Notes under the pieces: model-generated
What the model was told of the DNA's origin: nothing
The model's input: the letters and a program-made list of their open reading frames with translations, nothing else
The model's database searches: none
Made by a program: the position numbers and the translations under genes
In this document: in pieces, positions 1-9,907 of the stretch
Position numbering within the stretch: the first letter of the stretch is position 1
Layout of the letters: each line of letters starts with the position of its first letter
Origin: an uncultured bacterium
GTDB taxonomy: Bacteria > Chlamydiota > Chlamydiia > Chlamydiales > 2-12-FULL-49-11
Direction: 5' to 3'
Assembly (NCBI GenBank): GCA_964552055.1
Contig: CAZKFL010000002.1
Span: 10,665-74,664, forward strand
DNA length: 64,000 nucleotides

Positions 1-7
1 AGGCACT

Positions 8-1078
8 TTGGAACGTTTTTTTGAGGCATTTCGAGAAAAAGCTTTTTTCAGAACTTTTGGGATCGATCCTACGCAAGTAGCAATTTTGAGACCTTTCTCA
101 CCAGTAATGCCTATGGCACCAGAAGTTTTGGATCTTCACAAGTTACTATTGATCCATATTTGGAAAGATCTAGATACTGTACCGTCTTTAGCTGAAACTT
201 TGGTGGGAAAACAAATCTTAGAAGGTCTTGAAATTTCACTTCCACAAAAAGATGAACTAGTGGACTTTATCTGTAGGGCGCCTGCACCAAATACAATTGA
301 TGAATATGATATAATCTTAAGTCAAATAACTGAAAAGGCAAAAGAACTGGAAGCAAGTCGAGGTCAAGAAGGGATTCAAAAAATTCTTGACAATTGGACT
401 GACCCAGAATTGATGAAAATGTATCTAGATGGATGTTTATTAGGAATTGGGCGACTAGGCGTTATTCTTTCAGAATCTCAGGTTGAAGAATTCCGCGCAT
501 ATTTTGCAAGTCAACCTGCGCCAGCTGATCAAAGGGGATTAGAGGCCATACTCGAAGCAAGTATAAATCACGCAACTAAAGAAGGAAATGAGCTGGAAGC
601 GAGTCGAGGTAACGAAGAGATTCAACAAATTATTGCTAATTGGAGTGATCTTGAAATGATGAAAATATTTCTTGATGAATCTTTGCGCTTAATTCAATCT
701 CAAGGGATTACACTTTCTGAATCACAGATTGAAAAGTTCCGAGCTTATTTTACTAGTCAACCTGCACCAGCTGATCAAATTGGGCTAGAGGCTTTGTTTC
801 AAGAAAGCTTAGCTTATGGAGCTGAAGAAGGTTCAGAACTTGATAGAAGTCTTAGCGCATTAGGAATTCAAAATATTCTTGATAATTGGGATGATCCTGA
901 AACGATGAAAATATTTCTTGATGATTGTTTAGAGCAGATTCAACAACGAGGTATGACTCTTTCAGAATCTCAGGTTGAGGATGTTCGAGTTTATATTGCA
1001 AGTCAACCTGCTCCAGCCGATCAAAGCGGGCTAGAGGCTTTAATTGAATCAGCTCTACGACATGTTTATGATGCTTAG
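8..1078 (+). CDS. Acidic tandem-repeat protein of unknown function, probably 5'-truncated by the window edge
   Basis: The ORF is open back to the window start, with no in-frame stop before nt 8. It contains three ~82-aa repeats, each ending SQPAPADQxGLEA. No enzyme motif recognised. Confidence 0.6.
   Translation: MERFFEAFREKAFFRTFGIDPTQVAILRPFSPVMPMAPEVLDLHKLLLIHIWKDLDTVPSLAETLVGKQILEGLEISLPQKDELVDFICRAPAPNTIDEYDIILSQITEKAKELEASRGQEGIQKILDNWTDPELMKMYLDGCLLGIGRLGVILSESQVEEFRAYFASQPAPADQRGLEAILEASINHATKEGNELEASRGNEEIQQIIANWSDLEMMKIFLDESLRLIQSQGITLSESQIEKFRAYFTSQPAPADQIGLEALFQESLAYGAEEGSELDRSLSALGIQNILDNWDDPETMKIFLDDCLEQIQQRGMTLSESQVEDVRVYIASQPAPADQSGLEALIESALRHVYDA
344..1075 (+). repeat. Three in-frame tandem coding repeats of 246 nt
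   Basis: GA(A/G)CTGGAAGC(A/G)AGTCGAGGT recurs at 344 and 590, with a diverged copy at 836. The protein units share ELEASRGxExIQxIxxNWxDxExMKxxLD...LSESQxExFRAYFxSQPAPADQxGLEA. Confidence 0.85.
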
Positions 1079-2857
1079 GTCCGCATTTTTCTCATAGAAA
1101 AAACTGAAAGCTTTACCAGTTACTTTGCTAAGATAGGGGATGTTATTCAGCGTGGAATTTATCCCATTTGCTAATCTGATGTTATACCAAAGATTTCCTT
1201 TATCGATCCAACCCCGCCATGCGCTTCCCTTGAAGATGTTGGAGGTATATTCATAAATTGTTTTTAATGTAGATGGGGCATTCTCATTTGAGAGCGCATT
1301 TTGGGAAGGTAGAAAATAAAAGCTCATGTCAGCTTCTTTTATCCCGACATTTGGGATGTGTGATGAAATTTTCTGATCGACTCGCATCCAAGGAAGCTTT
1401 GAAAGTTTTGATAAGCTAAGAGTGAGCAATGCTGTGTTAACTGTTTTAATAAAAGGGTTTTTTGAATAGAAGATTGAAGTTGCGTTGAGGCCAATTCTTA
1501 AAATGTAGAGGTATTGGGAAAAGGTTTCTAAGGAAGTTCTTGCCCAAGAAATGCTTATTTTTTGCGTCTCGATGGTGGATAAAGAAAGATGAGAGACAAG
1601 GGTGTTTTTGAGATCGACTGCCAGTTTTAATCTTCGATTTAAGCCCAAAATGGCAAGTCCAGCTGTTATCGCAAAAAAGGCTGCTCCATAAATTAATGAT
1701 TTTTTATGTTTTGATGGAAGCTTTTTGTGGTCAACGCTTTCTTTAAGAGCCATACAATCGCGGATAAGAGCCGCAAGATCTGAGAGAATCATCGTGTGTT
1801 GCATGGCCAAGATATTGGCAATTACTTCTGGACGGGTCTTGATCAGCCCTATTAAAGTGAATTGAAACGCGTTATAAACCGTGTATGCAGTCTCGACAAC
1901 AGGTGATGACCAAAGAGTCCATTTTGGCGTGGAATTGGTTATATAAATCGTTGAGGAACTGCAACCCTCTCTTTTTGCGCGCAAAAAACTATGACTCGGA
2001 ATATCCCTGCAGTTAGGGCAAGAAGGTAAATTATTCTCTGGAATCTGAATAGAAGCAGCGTGGGAAGTCCCCATATAAGCTCCATTGTAGTAATGCCGAG
2101 TTTCACTAATTGTAGTAGAGCTATGATCCATGAACTGGGCGCTTTTTTGATGAAACCATGCTGAGAGACACGCGCTATGAAATGGATGTTTTTCTTTGCA
2201 GAAAAAAGAATCAGGAGTTTCATCCCGGCGGCATATGGAGCAAAAATTATTCCCTTTGTAGGTCTGGAGGAGGGCGCTATAGTAAAGTGTATTCTCACCG
2301 ATTTTTTTTGAAATTTCTACCCATTTTTGCTTAGATGTTTTGATGAGGTTGTATCCCATTCCTAAGGCAGTCAATGTAAATTGAATTTTGCTTGTTGTTG
2401 ATAGGCAAGCAAGCGCAATATTTGTTACCATTCGAGCGCTATAGAGAGCTCTTCCAAAAGATTGACTTCTAGGGGGTGCCCATCGAATGGATTCCCCTTT
2501 CCTCTTGGGAGATGCGAGCATTTCCGTTGGAGTAAAATGTCGATTCAATAATATAGGTAGAGCAATAGTTATTACGAGTAGAGTAGCCCCAACGCCGATT
2601 GTACCAATTGTGAGTCCGATCGGTACTCCGATATCAAGTATTTTTGTAAATTCCCAACAAATCCAACATACATTGATTGTATTGAAGACAACTTGTATTT
2701 GGTGAATGAGTTCAGCTGCATGGCTGTCACGGGATTGAATCTCTAATGCGGTTACTTGGATTGCAGTTGAACTAAGGCAAAGCCATTCTGGACATGCATT
2801 CTTGACAAGGTAGGTAATTCCGTTTTCAAAGTGGCTTTTTACATTTGAAATTTCCAT
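1055..2857 (-). CDS. Polytopic membrane protein with an internal RING-H2-type zinc finger (candidate E3 ubiquitin ligase-like effector)
   Basis: 600-aa ORF with several hydrophobic segments. Residues ~206-283 read C-x2-C-x10-C-x3-H-x2-H-x2-C-x~50-C-x2-C (FCSICRRDETPDSFFCKEKHPFHSAC...CPNCR). Confidence 0.7.
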   Translation of the reverse strand: MEISNVKSHFENGITYLVKNACPEWLCLSSTAIQVTALEIQSRDSHAAELIHQIQVVFNTINVCWICWEFTKILDIGVPIGLTIGTIGVGATLLVITIALPILLNRHFTPTEMLASPKRKGESIRWAPPRSQSFGRALYSARMVTNIALACLSTTSKIQFTLTALGMGYNLIKTSKQKWVEISKKIGENTLYYSALLQTYKGNNFCSICRRDETPDSFFCKEKHPFHSACLSAWFHQKSAQFMDHSSTTISETRHYYNGAYMGTSHAASIQIPENNLPSCPNCRDIPSHSFLRAKREGCSSSTIYITNSTPKWTLWSSPVVETAYTVYNAFQFTLIGLIKTRPEVIANILAMQHTMILSDLAALIRDCMALKESVDHKKLPSKHKKSLIYGAAFFAITAGLAILGLNRRLKLAVDLKNTLVSHLSLSTIETQKISISWARTSLETFSQYLYILRIGLNATSIFYSKNPFIKTVNTALLTLSLSKLSKLPWMRVDQKISSHIPNVGIKEADMSFYFLPSQNALSNENAPSTLKTIYEYTSNIFKGSAWRGWIDKGNLWYNIRLANGINSTLNNIPYLSKVTGKAFSFFYEKNADLSIINMS

Positions 2858-2949
2858 ATTGAAAAGAGTTTATTCTTACACTCTATTTAGATCAATAACC
2901 TTCAAATCTAATGGCATCTTAAAATATTTTTTGGCATGATGGGCTTTTT

Positions 2950-4002
2950 GTGAGCGGAGGCATTATGCTTTTTGGGTTTTTTTACGGATTAATTGCAGCA
3001 ACTAGTCTTAGGGCTGCCGAGTTAGTTGATTTTGACAAGATGATTTCCGATTTTATTCTCGAGGAGAGACAAATTGTAATTCCTGGCCATCCATTTGCGT
3101 TTAATCCATCAATACTTAGGTGGGTGGATGGAAAGTTGCTTTTGTCATTTCGTGAAAGAGATCCAAGTACTGGAGTTGCTGACTTGATCGGATTTGTTTG
3201 GCTAGATGCTGATTTTCATCCAGTCGGTGAAGCCTCGTTTCTTATGATTCATCGCGATATTCCTTTAAAAATTTCTAAAGCTCAAGGTGCAAGGATTTTT
3301 CAAGTGGGTAATATTTTTTGTATCGCTTACAATAATATCATAAGTGATTCGGAGCCCGAGACAAGGCGGATGATTGTCGCTCATCTCAACTATAAAAATC
3401 GTCGTTTCTTCATTAGAAATCCGGAATTTATTCTTGATTATAAGGGGGATCCTTCTCACTGGAGGGAAAAAAACTGGTCTCCATTTGATTGTCGAGGGTA
3501 TATTCATTTTTCCTATAGTTTGAATCCTCACCGTGTCTTTAAACTACCCAAGTTTGATAATACTTGCGCAACTGTGGGTCTGACTGAAGCAAATATTGAC
3601 TGGCCGTGGGGAGAGATGCGCGGTGGATCGCCTGCTCTTTTTGATGAGGATCACTATCTTGGATTTTTCCACTCATGGAAAGACCTGAAAAGTGTTCAGT
3701 CTAATGGGGAAAAAATTTCCCACTATTTTATGGGCGCCTATCGACATAAAAAAGCCCCGCCCTTTGAGATTACTCATGTTAGTGAAAACCCAATTATTGG
3801 AAAAACTTTTTTTCATGCGCCTGAATATCCCACCTGGAAGCCATTAAAAGTGATTTATCCAGGTGGTCACATATTTGATAAAAAATTTATCTGGGTGGTT
3901 TATGGTAGGCAGGATCATGAGTGCTGGCTAGTGAAGCTGGATAAAAAAGCTCTATTAAAGAGTCTTGTTCCTGTTGATTCACCTCTGCGCGAATCCCAAT
4001 AA
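2950..4002 (+). CDS. Secreted hypothetical protein, possibly glycosidase/glycosyltransferase-like
   Basis: 350-aa ORF. The GTG at 2950 or the ATG at 2965 gives a signal-like N-terminus (MLFGFFYGLIAATSLRA). An EKNWSPF motif resembles carbohydrate-active families, but the family could not be assigned by eye. Confidence 0.55.
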   Translation: MSGGIMLFGFFYGLIAATSLRAAELVDFDKMISDFILEERQIVIPGHPFAFNPSILRWVDGKLLLSFRERDPSTGVADLIGFVWLDADFHPVGEASFLMIHRDIPLKISKAQGARIFQVGNIFCIAYNNIISDSEPETRRMIVAHLNYKNRRFFIRNPEFILDYKGDPSHWREKNWSPFDCRGYIHFSYSLNPHRVFKLPKFDNTCATVGLTEANIDWPWGEMRGGSPALFDEDHYLGFFHSWKDLKSVQSNGEKISHYFMGAYRHKKAPPFEITHVSENPIIGKTFFHAPEYPTWKPLKVIYPGGHIFDKKFIWVVYGRQDHECWLVKLDKKALLKSLVPVDSPLRESQ

Positions 4003-4155
4003 TTGCGCCCACATGATCATCTAGTTTTGCGTCTTCAAAGAGGTGGTTTTGCACCTCCATTAAGAGTCTCATTTTGGCTATTTTCTCTTCCATATTTTGA
4101 AGAATATAATATTACAATTTTAAAAAAAAGAGAGGATTGTGGTAGGGTGTGAAAT

Positions 4156-5229
4156 ATGTTAAGACAATTTGCTTTGGCGTTATTATTTAAAAAGAGCAAG
4201 CAGTGGCTAATGCCTTTGTTTGTGGTTGTATTTTCAGTCTTTTTGCTCTTCCAACAATTTGCGGCGTTTCTATCAGTAAAGAGCGAAGTTGTTGGGTTTT
4301 GCAGAGAGTTGGAAGATGTTGATTTGTGGATAAAAGGTGATCATTTAAGCGGAAGTGATCTTGCAAAAGTAAAGATTCTTCCTGAAGTGCTTTTAGCGTC
4401 ATTTCTATTTAAAGGAAATGCAGAGGCTAACTCTTTGCACGGCGCTAAAAAAATGTGCACACTTCTTGGTGTTGATGAGTCGACCCATCTTGGATTGCCG
4501 TCAAAAGTGCTTTATGGTCAAGTTCGCTTAAAAGGGAGTGAGGAGAGTGTAATTTTAAATGAGAGCGCTGCTAGAAGCCTTTTTAAACTCGGGAATCAGA
4601 AGTTGAAATCAGGCAGCTCTCTATATTTAGATGGTCATCAAATCAAAGTTTCAGGTGTAACCTCTTTAAATAAAGGTCTTTTTGTTTACACAAACTTAGG
4701 TTTTGCTAAAGAGATTTCAAATGACGGCGAAACTATGATGGTGATTAAGGCGGCTGGCCAAACAAACTTATCTTCACTAAAGCAAAGAATTGAAAGAGTA
4801 TCGGGTCTTAAGGCTTACACAAGTTTAGAGTTTTCAGAAGAGCTGTTTCACTCTTATATGAAGGAAAATAAAGTCGTCTCACTATTTTCTGTTATTGTTA
4901 TTTGCGCGCTGATTTTGGCACTCGGAATTTTTGCTGCGATCTTTTATCACTTTTTTAAAAGTCAAATGAACAATTATTCCATTTTAAAAGCAGTTGGCGC
5001 AACTTCATCTTTTCTATCGCTTCTCTTAACTCTTCAAGCAGCGCTTATTTCTCTTATTGGATGGTCGATTTCATTTGTCTTGTATCTAATTCTTTCCAAG
5101 GTTTTTATGCATTCGGATTTTTTCTTCCCCCTTTCTTTCGGAATTGTTTTTTTAACGCTTTCTTCGCTTCTTGCTGTCTCAGTAAGTGCTGGACTTTTTA
5201 TAAGCTTTAAAGTTAAAGAGGTGACATGA
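4156..5229 (+). CDS. ABC transporter permease, FtsX/MacB-like
   Basis: N-terminal TM helix, a large extracytoplasmic domain, then a C-terminal TM cluster with ILKAVGAT. It shares a 4-nt ATGA overlap with the downstream ATPase gene. Confidence 0.8.
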   Translation: MLRQFALALLFKKSKQWLMPLFVVVFSVFLLFQQFAAFLSVKSEVVGFCRELEDVDLWIKGDHLSGSDLAKVKILPEVLLASFLFKGNAEANSLHGAKKMCTLLGVDESTHLGLPSKVLYGQVRLKGSEESVILNESAARSLFKLGNQKLKSGSSLYLDGHQIKVSGVTSLNKGLFVYTNLGFAKEISNDGETMMVIKAAGQTNLSSLKQRIERVSGLKAYTSLEFSEELFHSYMKENKVVSLFSVIVICALILALGIFAAIFYHFFKSQMNNYSILKAVGATSSFLSLLLTLQAALISLIGWSISFVLYLILSKVFMHSDFFFPLSFGIVFLTLSSLLAVSVSAGLFISFKVKEVT

Positions 5230-5930
5230 GCATCGTTGCATGTAATCAGATAGCCAAAACATTTGATGACCAAAAATTTGTCCTTGAAGGGGTTGACTTA
5301 CAGATTGAAGAAGAAGAGTTTGTTATGATTTCAGGTCCGCCTGGATCAGGGAAAACTACCCTTTTATCAATTCTTGCAGGCTACCAAACACCCATGAGTG
5401 GCACTGTTGCTATTCTAGGAAAAAACCTTTTTGAAATGAACTCTTTTGAAAAGGCTAAATTCCGTCGTGATAATTTAGGCGTTGTCTTTCAAAGCAGGAG
5501 GTTAATTGCCTCACTCACAGTTTTGGAAAATGTGATTGCTCCACTTATCTCGGGAAATGATTCAAAATTGAATGCTAACTTAAAAGCAATGAACGTGCTA
5601 AACTACATGGGTATTGATTTAAAAGCAAATTGCTATACGGCTGAACTTTCTGGCGCTGAGCTCCAGTTAGTCGCATTAAGCAGAGCTTTGGTGAATCAGC
5701 CAAGAGTTTTAATATTAGATGAACCAACACAATTTCTTGATCATCAAACTGGTGTAAAAGTGATGACTTACCTTCGTCAAATGGCTCTTGATCATCAAAT
5801 TACGATTATCTCGGTACTTAGCGATGTAAGGCTTTATCCATTTGCAAGTAGAGTGATTCGAATGAAGAGTGGAAAAATTGTTGATGTTTTAGGGGAGTCG
5901 CTTCTTGATTCGCCATTTTTAAGGATATAA
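5226..5930 (+). CDS. ABC transporter ATP-binding protein
   Basis: Walker A GPPGSGKTT, signature-like LSGAELQ, Walker B LILDEPT. Confidence 0.9.
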   Translation: MSIVACNQIAKTFDDQKFVLEGVDLQIEEEEFVMISGPPGSGKTTLLSILAGYQTPMSGTVAILGKNLFEMNSFEKAKFRRDNLGVVFQSRRLIASLTVLENVIAPLISGNDSKLNANLKAMNVLNYMGIDLKANCYTAELSGAELQLVALSRALVNQPRVLILDEPTQFLDHQTGVKVMTYLRQMALDHQITIISVLSDVRLYPFASRVIRMKSGKIVDVLGESLLDSPFLRI

Positions 5931-5934
5931 TAGT

Positions 5935-7149
5935 ATGAAAGTATTTGATGCCATTCATGGGTTTATCGAACTTGATGAACTTGAAACTAGACTGATCAAG
6001 ACTCTACCATTTAAGAGACTTTCTTGCATCAATCAAATTGCTTCTGCATCGCTTGTTTATCCGGGCGGCTACCACAAGCGTTACGATCACTCACTGGGAG
6101 TGATGCTCATCGTAACAAAAATCTATGATAAAATTGTATCTGCCCCGACATTCTTTGAACTATTTCCAGATTTTAATGCAGAAACAATTGCTTATTGGAG
6201 ACGGGTGATGCGCCTTGCAGGTCTTTTCCACGATATTGGACACTTGCCTTTTTCTCATACTGCCGAAGCCGAACTTGTGGGGAAAAAGGGGCATGAAAAA
6301 TGGACGATGCGCATTATCAGAAGTCCTTATATTAGACCTATTTTAGAAGCTGGTGGAATTCAAGTAGAAGATGTTGTGAAAGTAGCTGTAGGAGAAGAGC
6401 TTTATGGAGCTTCTTATACACCTTGGGAAAGAGCGATCTCTCAAATATTAACTGCCGATTTCTTTGGAGGAGATAGGATCGACTATTTATTAAGGGACTC
6501 CTATTTTACAGGTCTTTCTTATGGCAATTTTGACTATCAGCAGCTTATTAACAATCTAATATTGATGATTTACAACGGAAAAATCACTCTCGGTCTTGAA
6601 GAAAATGGACTAGAGGCTTGTTATGCGCTTCTTCTTTCAAGATATTTTATGCACAAAAGACTTTATCAATATGACCGAGTAAAATCGTACTGGTACCATA
6701 CAAAAGAGATTGTAAAAAACTTTTTTGAGGGAAGTGAGTATCTAGATTCTGTTGAAAAATACATCCAAGCAAACGACTATGATATATTTGCAGAAATGAA
6801 TAAGGCATTATTTGACCCCCTCCATAAAAGTCATGATCACGCTATGGCTCTTATGGATCAAAAAGATCCTATACAGGTTTTCCCTGTGACAACAGACCAA
6901 ATGAACTACCTTATTTCCATTGGTGAAAACCATTTTTTTGAAAAAAATGCGAGCAGTAAGGAAAAAGTCGGCTTATTCTTTCCTGTATTATTAAAAAATG
7001 GTACCATAGTTGAGGCGGAAGAAGTGGCAGAAGTCTCCATACCAGTTTATGTACAAAACTGGGTCTATGCAGACTTAGATTCCATGGTCCGAATCAAAGA
7101 GGCGCTTGATGGCGGTATTGCAGAAAGTACTAAGAGTTCTATCAGCTGA
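5935..7149 (+). CDS. HD-domain phosphohydrolase (COG1078 / SAMHD1-EF1143-like putative dNTP triphosphohydrolase)
   Basis: Motifs HSLGV, HDIGHLPFSH and DRIDYLLRD appear in the order typical of HD-superfamily dNTPase-like proteins. Confidence 0.8.
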   Translation: MKVFDAIHGFIELDELETRLIKTLPFKRLSCINQIASASLVYPGGYHKRYDHSLGVMLIVTKIYDKIVSAPTFFELFPDFNAETIAYWRRVMRLAGLFHDIGHLPFSHTAEAELVGKKGHEKWTMRIIRSPYIRPILEAGGIQVEDVVKVAVGEELYGASYTPWERAISQILTADFFGGDRIDYLLRDSYFTGLSYGNFDYQQLINNLILMIYNGKITLGLEENGLEACYALLLSRYFMHKRLYQYDRVKSYWYHTKEIVKNFFEGSEYLDSVEKYIQANDYDIFAEMNKALFDPLHKSHDHAMALMDQKDPIQVFPVTTDQMNYLISIGENHFFEKNASSKEKVGLFFPVLLKNGTIVEAEEVAEVSIPVYVQNWVYADLDSMVRIKEALDGGIAESTKSSIS

Positions 7150-8413
7150 ATACAATAGCTATTCACGCGCAGAAAAACTCTTTATCCTTTTTGTCATGAT
7201 TTGTAGCTTTTGCATTACAGCAGAAGCTTCAATTACAAGAGCTTCTGCAAATTCTATATTTTTGTCCGCCTATACCGCAAAACAGTTTCCGACTGCATGG
7301 CTGGTAAGTGTTTTTTTGAATTTTGCAATCGTCACATTCTATAATCATTTCTTGCCACGAATCGGCTGCATAAAAATGCTCATATTAAGCGTTTTTTGCG
7401 CAATTACGATGAATACTTTTTCAGCTTTTTTTGTAGGTGATTTCTATTTTCTACCCTTTATCCTCTACCTCTGGAAAGATATCTTTGTCATTTTGATGTT
7501 CCAACAACTCTGGTCCGTAATTCATGCCACCATGAATATCGCAAGAGCTAAATATTTATACGGGATTGTTTTTGGAATGGGCGGTCTTGGATCTGTTGCC
7601 GGCTCACTTCTTACCGGATACTGCGCAGTTAGTCTCGGCTCAGAAAAACTACTACTTACAACACTTCCTTTTTACCTTGTCATTGTAATTAGCTACTGCA
7701 TCGCTCTCAAAGTGCGCGATAAAGTAACTGATAAGCAAAATATTACCGAAATGAGTAGCGACTCTACAGACGTTATGGGGGGTATGAAACTCATCCGAAA
7801 ATCTTCCTTTCTAAAATTCATCCTCCTCATTGTTCTAGCAATGCAGATCTCATCGACTATCCTTGACTACCAATTTTGCTCGTACCTAGAAAAAGCGTTC
7901 ACCGTCCAAGACTTAAGAACCGCATTTCTCGGAAAATTCTTCGGTATCGTCAACACCGTTAATATCGTTCTCCAATTTGTCGGTAGCTACCTCCTCGTCC
8001 GCCTAATCGGTCTTGAGCGCTCTCACCTTGCAATTCCGATTGTTCTAGCCGTATATGCAGTCGGCTTCCTCTTCTTCCCGACCTTCCCCTTCATCTGCCT
8101 CTATTTCGCAAACATCAAAGCCCTCGACTACTCCATCTTCGGCATCATCAAAGAAATGCTTTATATCCCCCTCAAAGTCGATGAGAAATTCAAAGCCAAA
8201 GCCATCATCGACGTCTTTGCCTACCGCACCGCCAAAGCATGCGCCTCCCTCATTATCTTAGGCCTTGGTTGCATCACGACCATCAGCCTGAATACTCTTC
8301 TTTCCTACGGCGTTCTTTTCATCTTTCTGATTTGGATGGTAGGAGTGCTCGCTTTATTCAAGCACTACTACAAGGAAGTTGAAAGTCACCAAATCAGTTT
8401 GCCACCGAATTAA
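7106..8413 (+). CDS. Divergent TLC/NTT-family nucleotide transporter-like membrane protein
   Basis: About 12 hydrophobic segments. EMLYIPLKVDEKFKAKAIIDVFAYRTAKA matches the EMAYIPLD..K.KGKAAIDV..RLGKSG motif of the canonical NTT at 41419. The ORF start overlaps the HD gene by 44 nt. Confidence 0.7.
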   Translation: MMAVLQKVLRVLSAEYNSYSRAEKLFILFVMICSFCITAEASITRASANSIFLSAYTAKQFPTAWLVSVFLNFAIVTFYNHFLPRIGCIKMLILSVFCAITMNTFSAFFVGDFYFLPFILYLWKDIFVILMFQQLWSVIHATMNIARAKYLYGIVFGMGGLGSVAGSLLTGYCAVSLGSEKLLLTTLPFYLVIVISYCIALKVRDKVTDKQNITEMSSDSTDVMGGMKLIRKSSFLKFILLIVLAMQISSTILDYQFCSYLEKAFTVQDLRTAFLGKFFGIVNTVNIVLQFVGSYLLVRLIGLERSHLAIPIVLAVYAVGFLFFPTFPFICLYFANIKALDYSIFGIIKEMLYIPLKVDEKFKAKAIIDVFAYRTAKACASLIILGLGCITTISLNTLLSYGVLFIFLIWMVGVLALFKHYYKEVESHQISLPPN

Positions 8414-9845
8414 TTGCAGTAACATTTTCTAGAGCTAATAGGACATCTTGTGTAGGCACGTTTGGAGCAGTATAAATATAAGCCGGATTTAAATCGGTTG
8501 CAGCTGTTACGGATGTGCATGTATTTCCGTAATAGAAATTTTGGTTCCAATCTGCTAATGGTGGTTGAGGAGACCAAACCTGCTTTGCTGAAAATGCATA
8601 AATATCAATTCCTAAAAATAATGGATCTGAGCTGCCATTAAATCCTGTTTGAATAGCCTTAATTGCTTGCTTAATATAATCGGATTGCTTAGTGGTAGAT
8701 GTTTGAGTTATAGCTGTTTCTTTACATGTAGCATTTTCAGGAGACTTATCTGAAAATTCGCAAGCATAGGTCCCCCAATTTTCAAATTCATGCACACTTG
8801 CACTACCTGGAATTGCAAATTTATAAGAAATACTATATAATTTTGCTAATGCAATTGTTTGCTGTACTGTTAATAAGGCTGCATTGTAATAACCTTGGAG
8901 TGAATGAGGAACTGCACTACTTGTTACGATTCCTGTTGCATCACCTGTTGTAGTTGTCATGGGTAATGAGGTATTTCCTGTATCACAGATTCCACTTGTA
9001 TTAAATTGATTAGCAGACGCTTGACATGTTGCTAAATCGTTTGCACTCATATCTATCAAATCGTAAAGGGAAATAATTGCATAGCCATTATTTCTAACTG
9101 CATCAGTTGTCTTGTTATAAAATGTATATGTTGTAGTTCCGTTTAACATGTCGGCTGTAGCTTGATTCAGGCTCTTTGGAAAGGTAAAAACAGAGAAATA
9201 TTGCCCTGCTGCTGCCAATAGATTGCCTGCTTTATGATAAAATTCTAATTGATTTGCAGAAGTGCTATCAAACGGTTCAAGGTCAAATTGCACACCTTTT
9301 ATTTGTGGCTTATTTGTAGTTTGGGTAGGACCGTAACTTGCTACACCTGGTTGAATTGCACTTTGGGAGTTACCACCAGAGACGATTAATGATGCAAATG
9401 AATTTGCATCTGCTGTACTAATTTGATCATTAAATCCTTGTAGATATCCATTGTCGATTCTTCCATCTATAATAATATTGAGATCTGTAAGGGGTGTTAT
9501 GCTACTTGCTGAAAATAAAGGCAGAGGAACACTAGAAGAATCTTGTGAAAAATAATATCCATATTGAGTAGTTTCGTCCCAATATGTGGGAGAGCTTCCT
9601 TGTGCTGTCCATGGAAGCTCAATATCTGTTGCATAAGCATAAACTTGGGTAATTTTTAAAAGGCTGGCATTAGTATTATATGTGTTAATTGTATTTACTA
9701 CTCCTGATAACCATTTGGATTCATTAAAACTTGTGTCATTATTTGACCCTGGATAGCCTCCATAAAGCCATGTGCCAGTCGCTCCTAGAGTTGGAAGGAT
9801 TGAGGAAGTAGATGCTTTTAGAGATTTTTTTTTTGACTTTGCCAT
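8394..9845 (-). CDS. Ser/Thr/Asn/Tyr-rich hypothetical protein, weakly TIM-barrel glycosidase-like
   Basis: 483-aa ORF with a basic N-terminus. KGVQFDLEPF loosely resembles the GH18 DxxDxDxE strand, but only the D-x-E is retained. Function not supported beyond that. Confidence 0.5.
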   Translation of the reverse strand: MAKSKKKSLKASTSSILPTLGATGTWLYGGYPGSNNDTSFNESKWLSGVVNTINTYNTNASLLKITQVYAYATDIELPWTAQGSSPTYWDETTQYGYYFSQDSSSVPLPLFSASSITPLTDLNIIIDGRIDNGYLQGFNDQISTADANSFASLIVSGGNSQSAIQPGVASYGPTQTTNKPQIKGVQFDLEPFDSTSANQLEFYHKAGNLLAAAGQYFSVFTFPKSLNQATADMLNGTTTYTFYNKTTDAVRNNGYAIISLYDLIDMSANDLATCQASANQFNTSGICDTGNTSLPMTTTTGDATGIVTSSAVPHSLQGYYNAALLTVQQTIALAKLYSISYKFAIPGSASVHEFENWGTYACEFSDKSPENATCKETAITQTSTTKQSDYIKQAIKAIQTGFNGSSDPLFLGIDIYAFSAKQVWSPQPPLADWNQNFYYGNTCTSVTAATDLNPAYIYTAPNVPTQDVLLALENVTAINSVAN

Positions 9846-9907
9846 AAAACTACCTTTTTTTTATTTTAATTTTACTGGAATAGAAGCTTTTTACTAATTC
9901 ATTAGTT

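Noticed and set aside
8055-8261. 68-aa Ser/Pro-rich plus-strand ORF.
   Set aside because: It is an alternative frame inside the NTT-like transporter gene, whose own frame carries the conserved EMLYIPL..KAKAIIDV motif.
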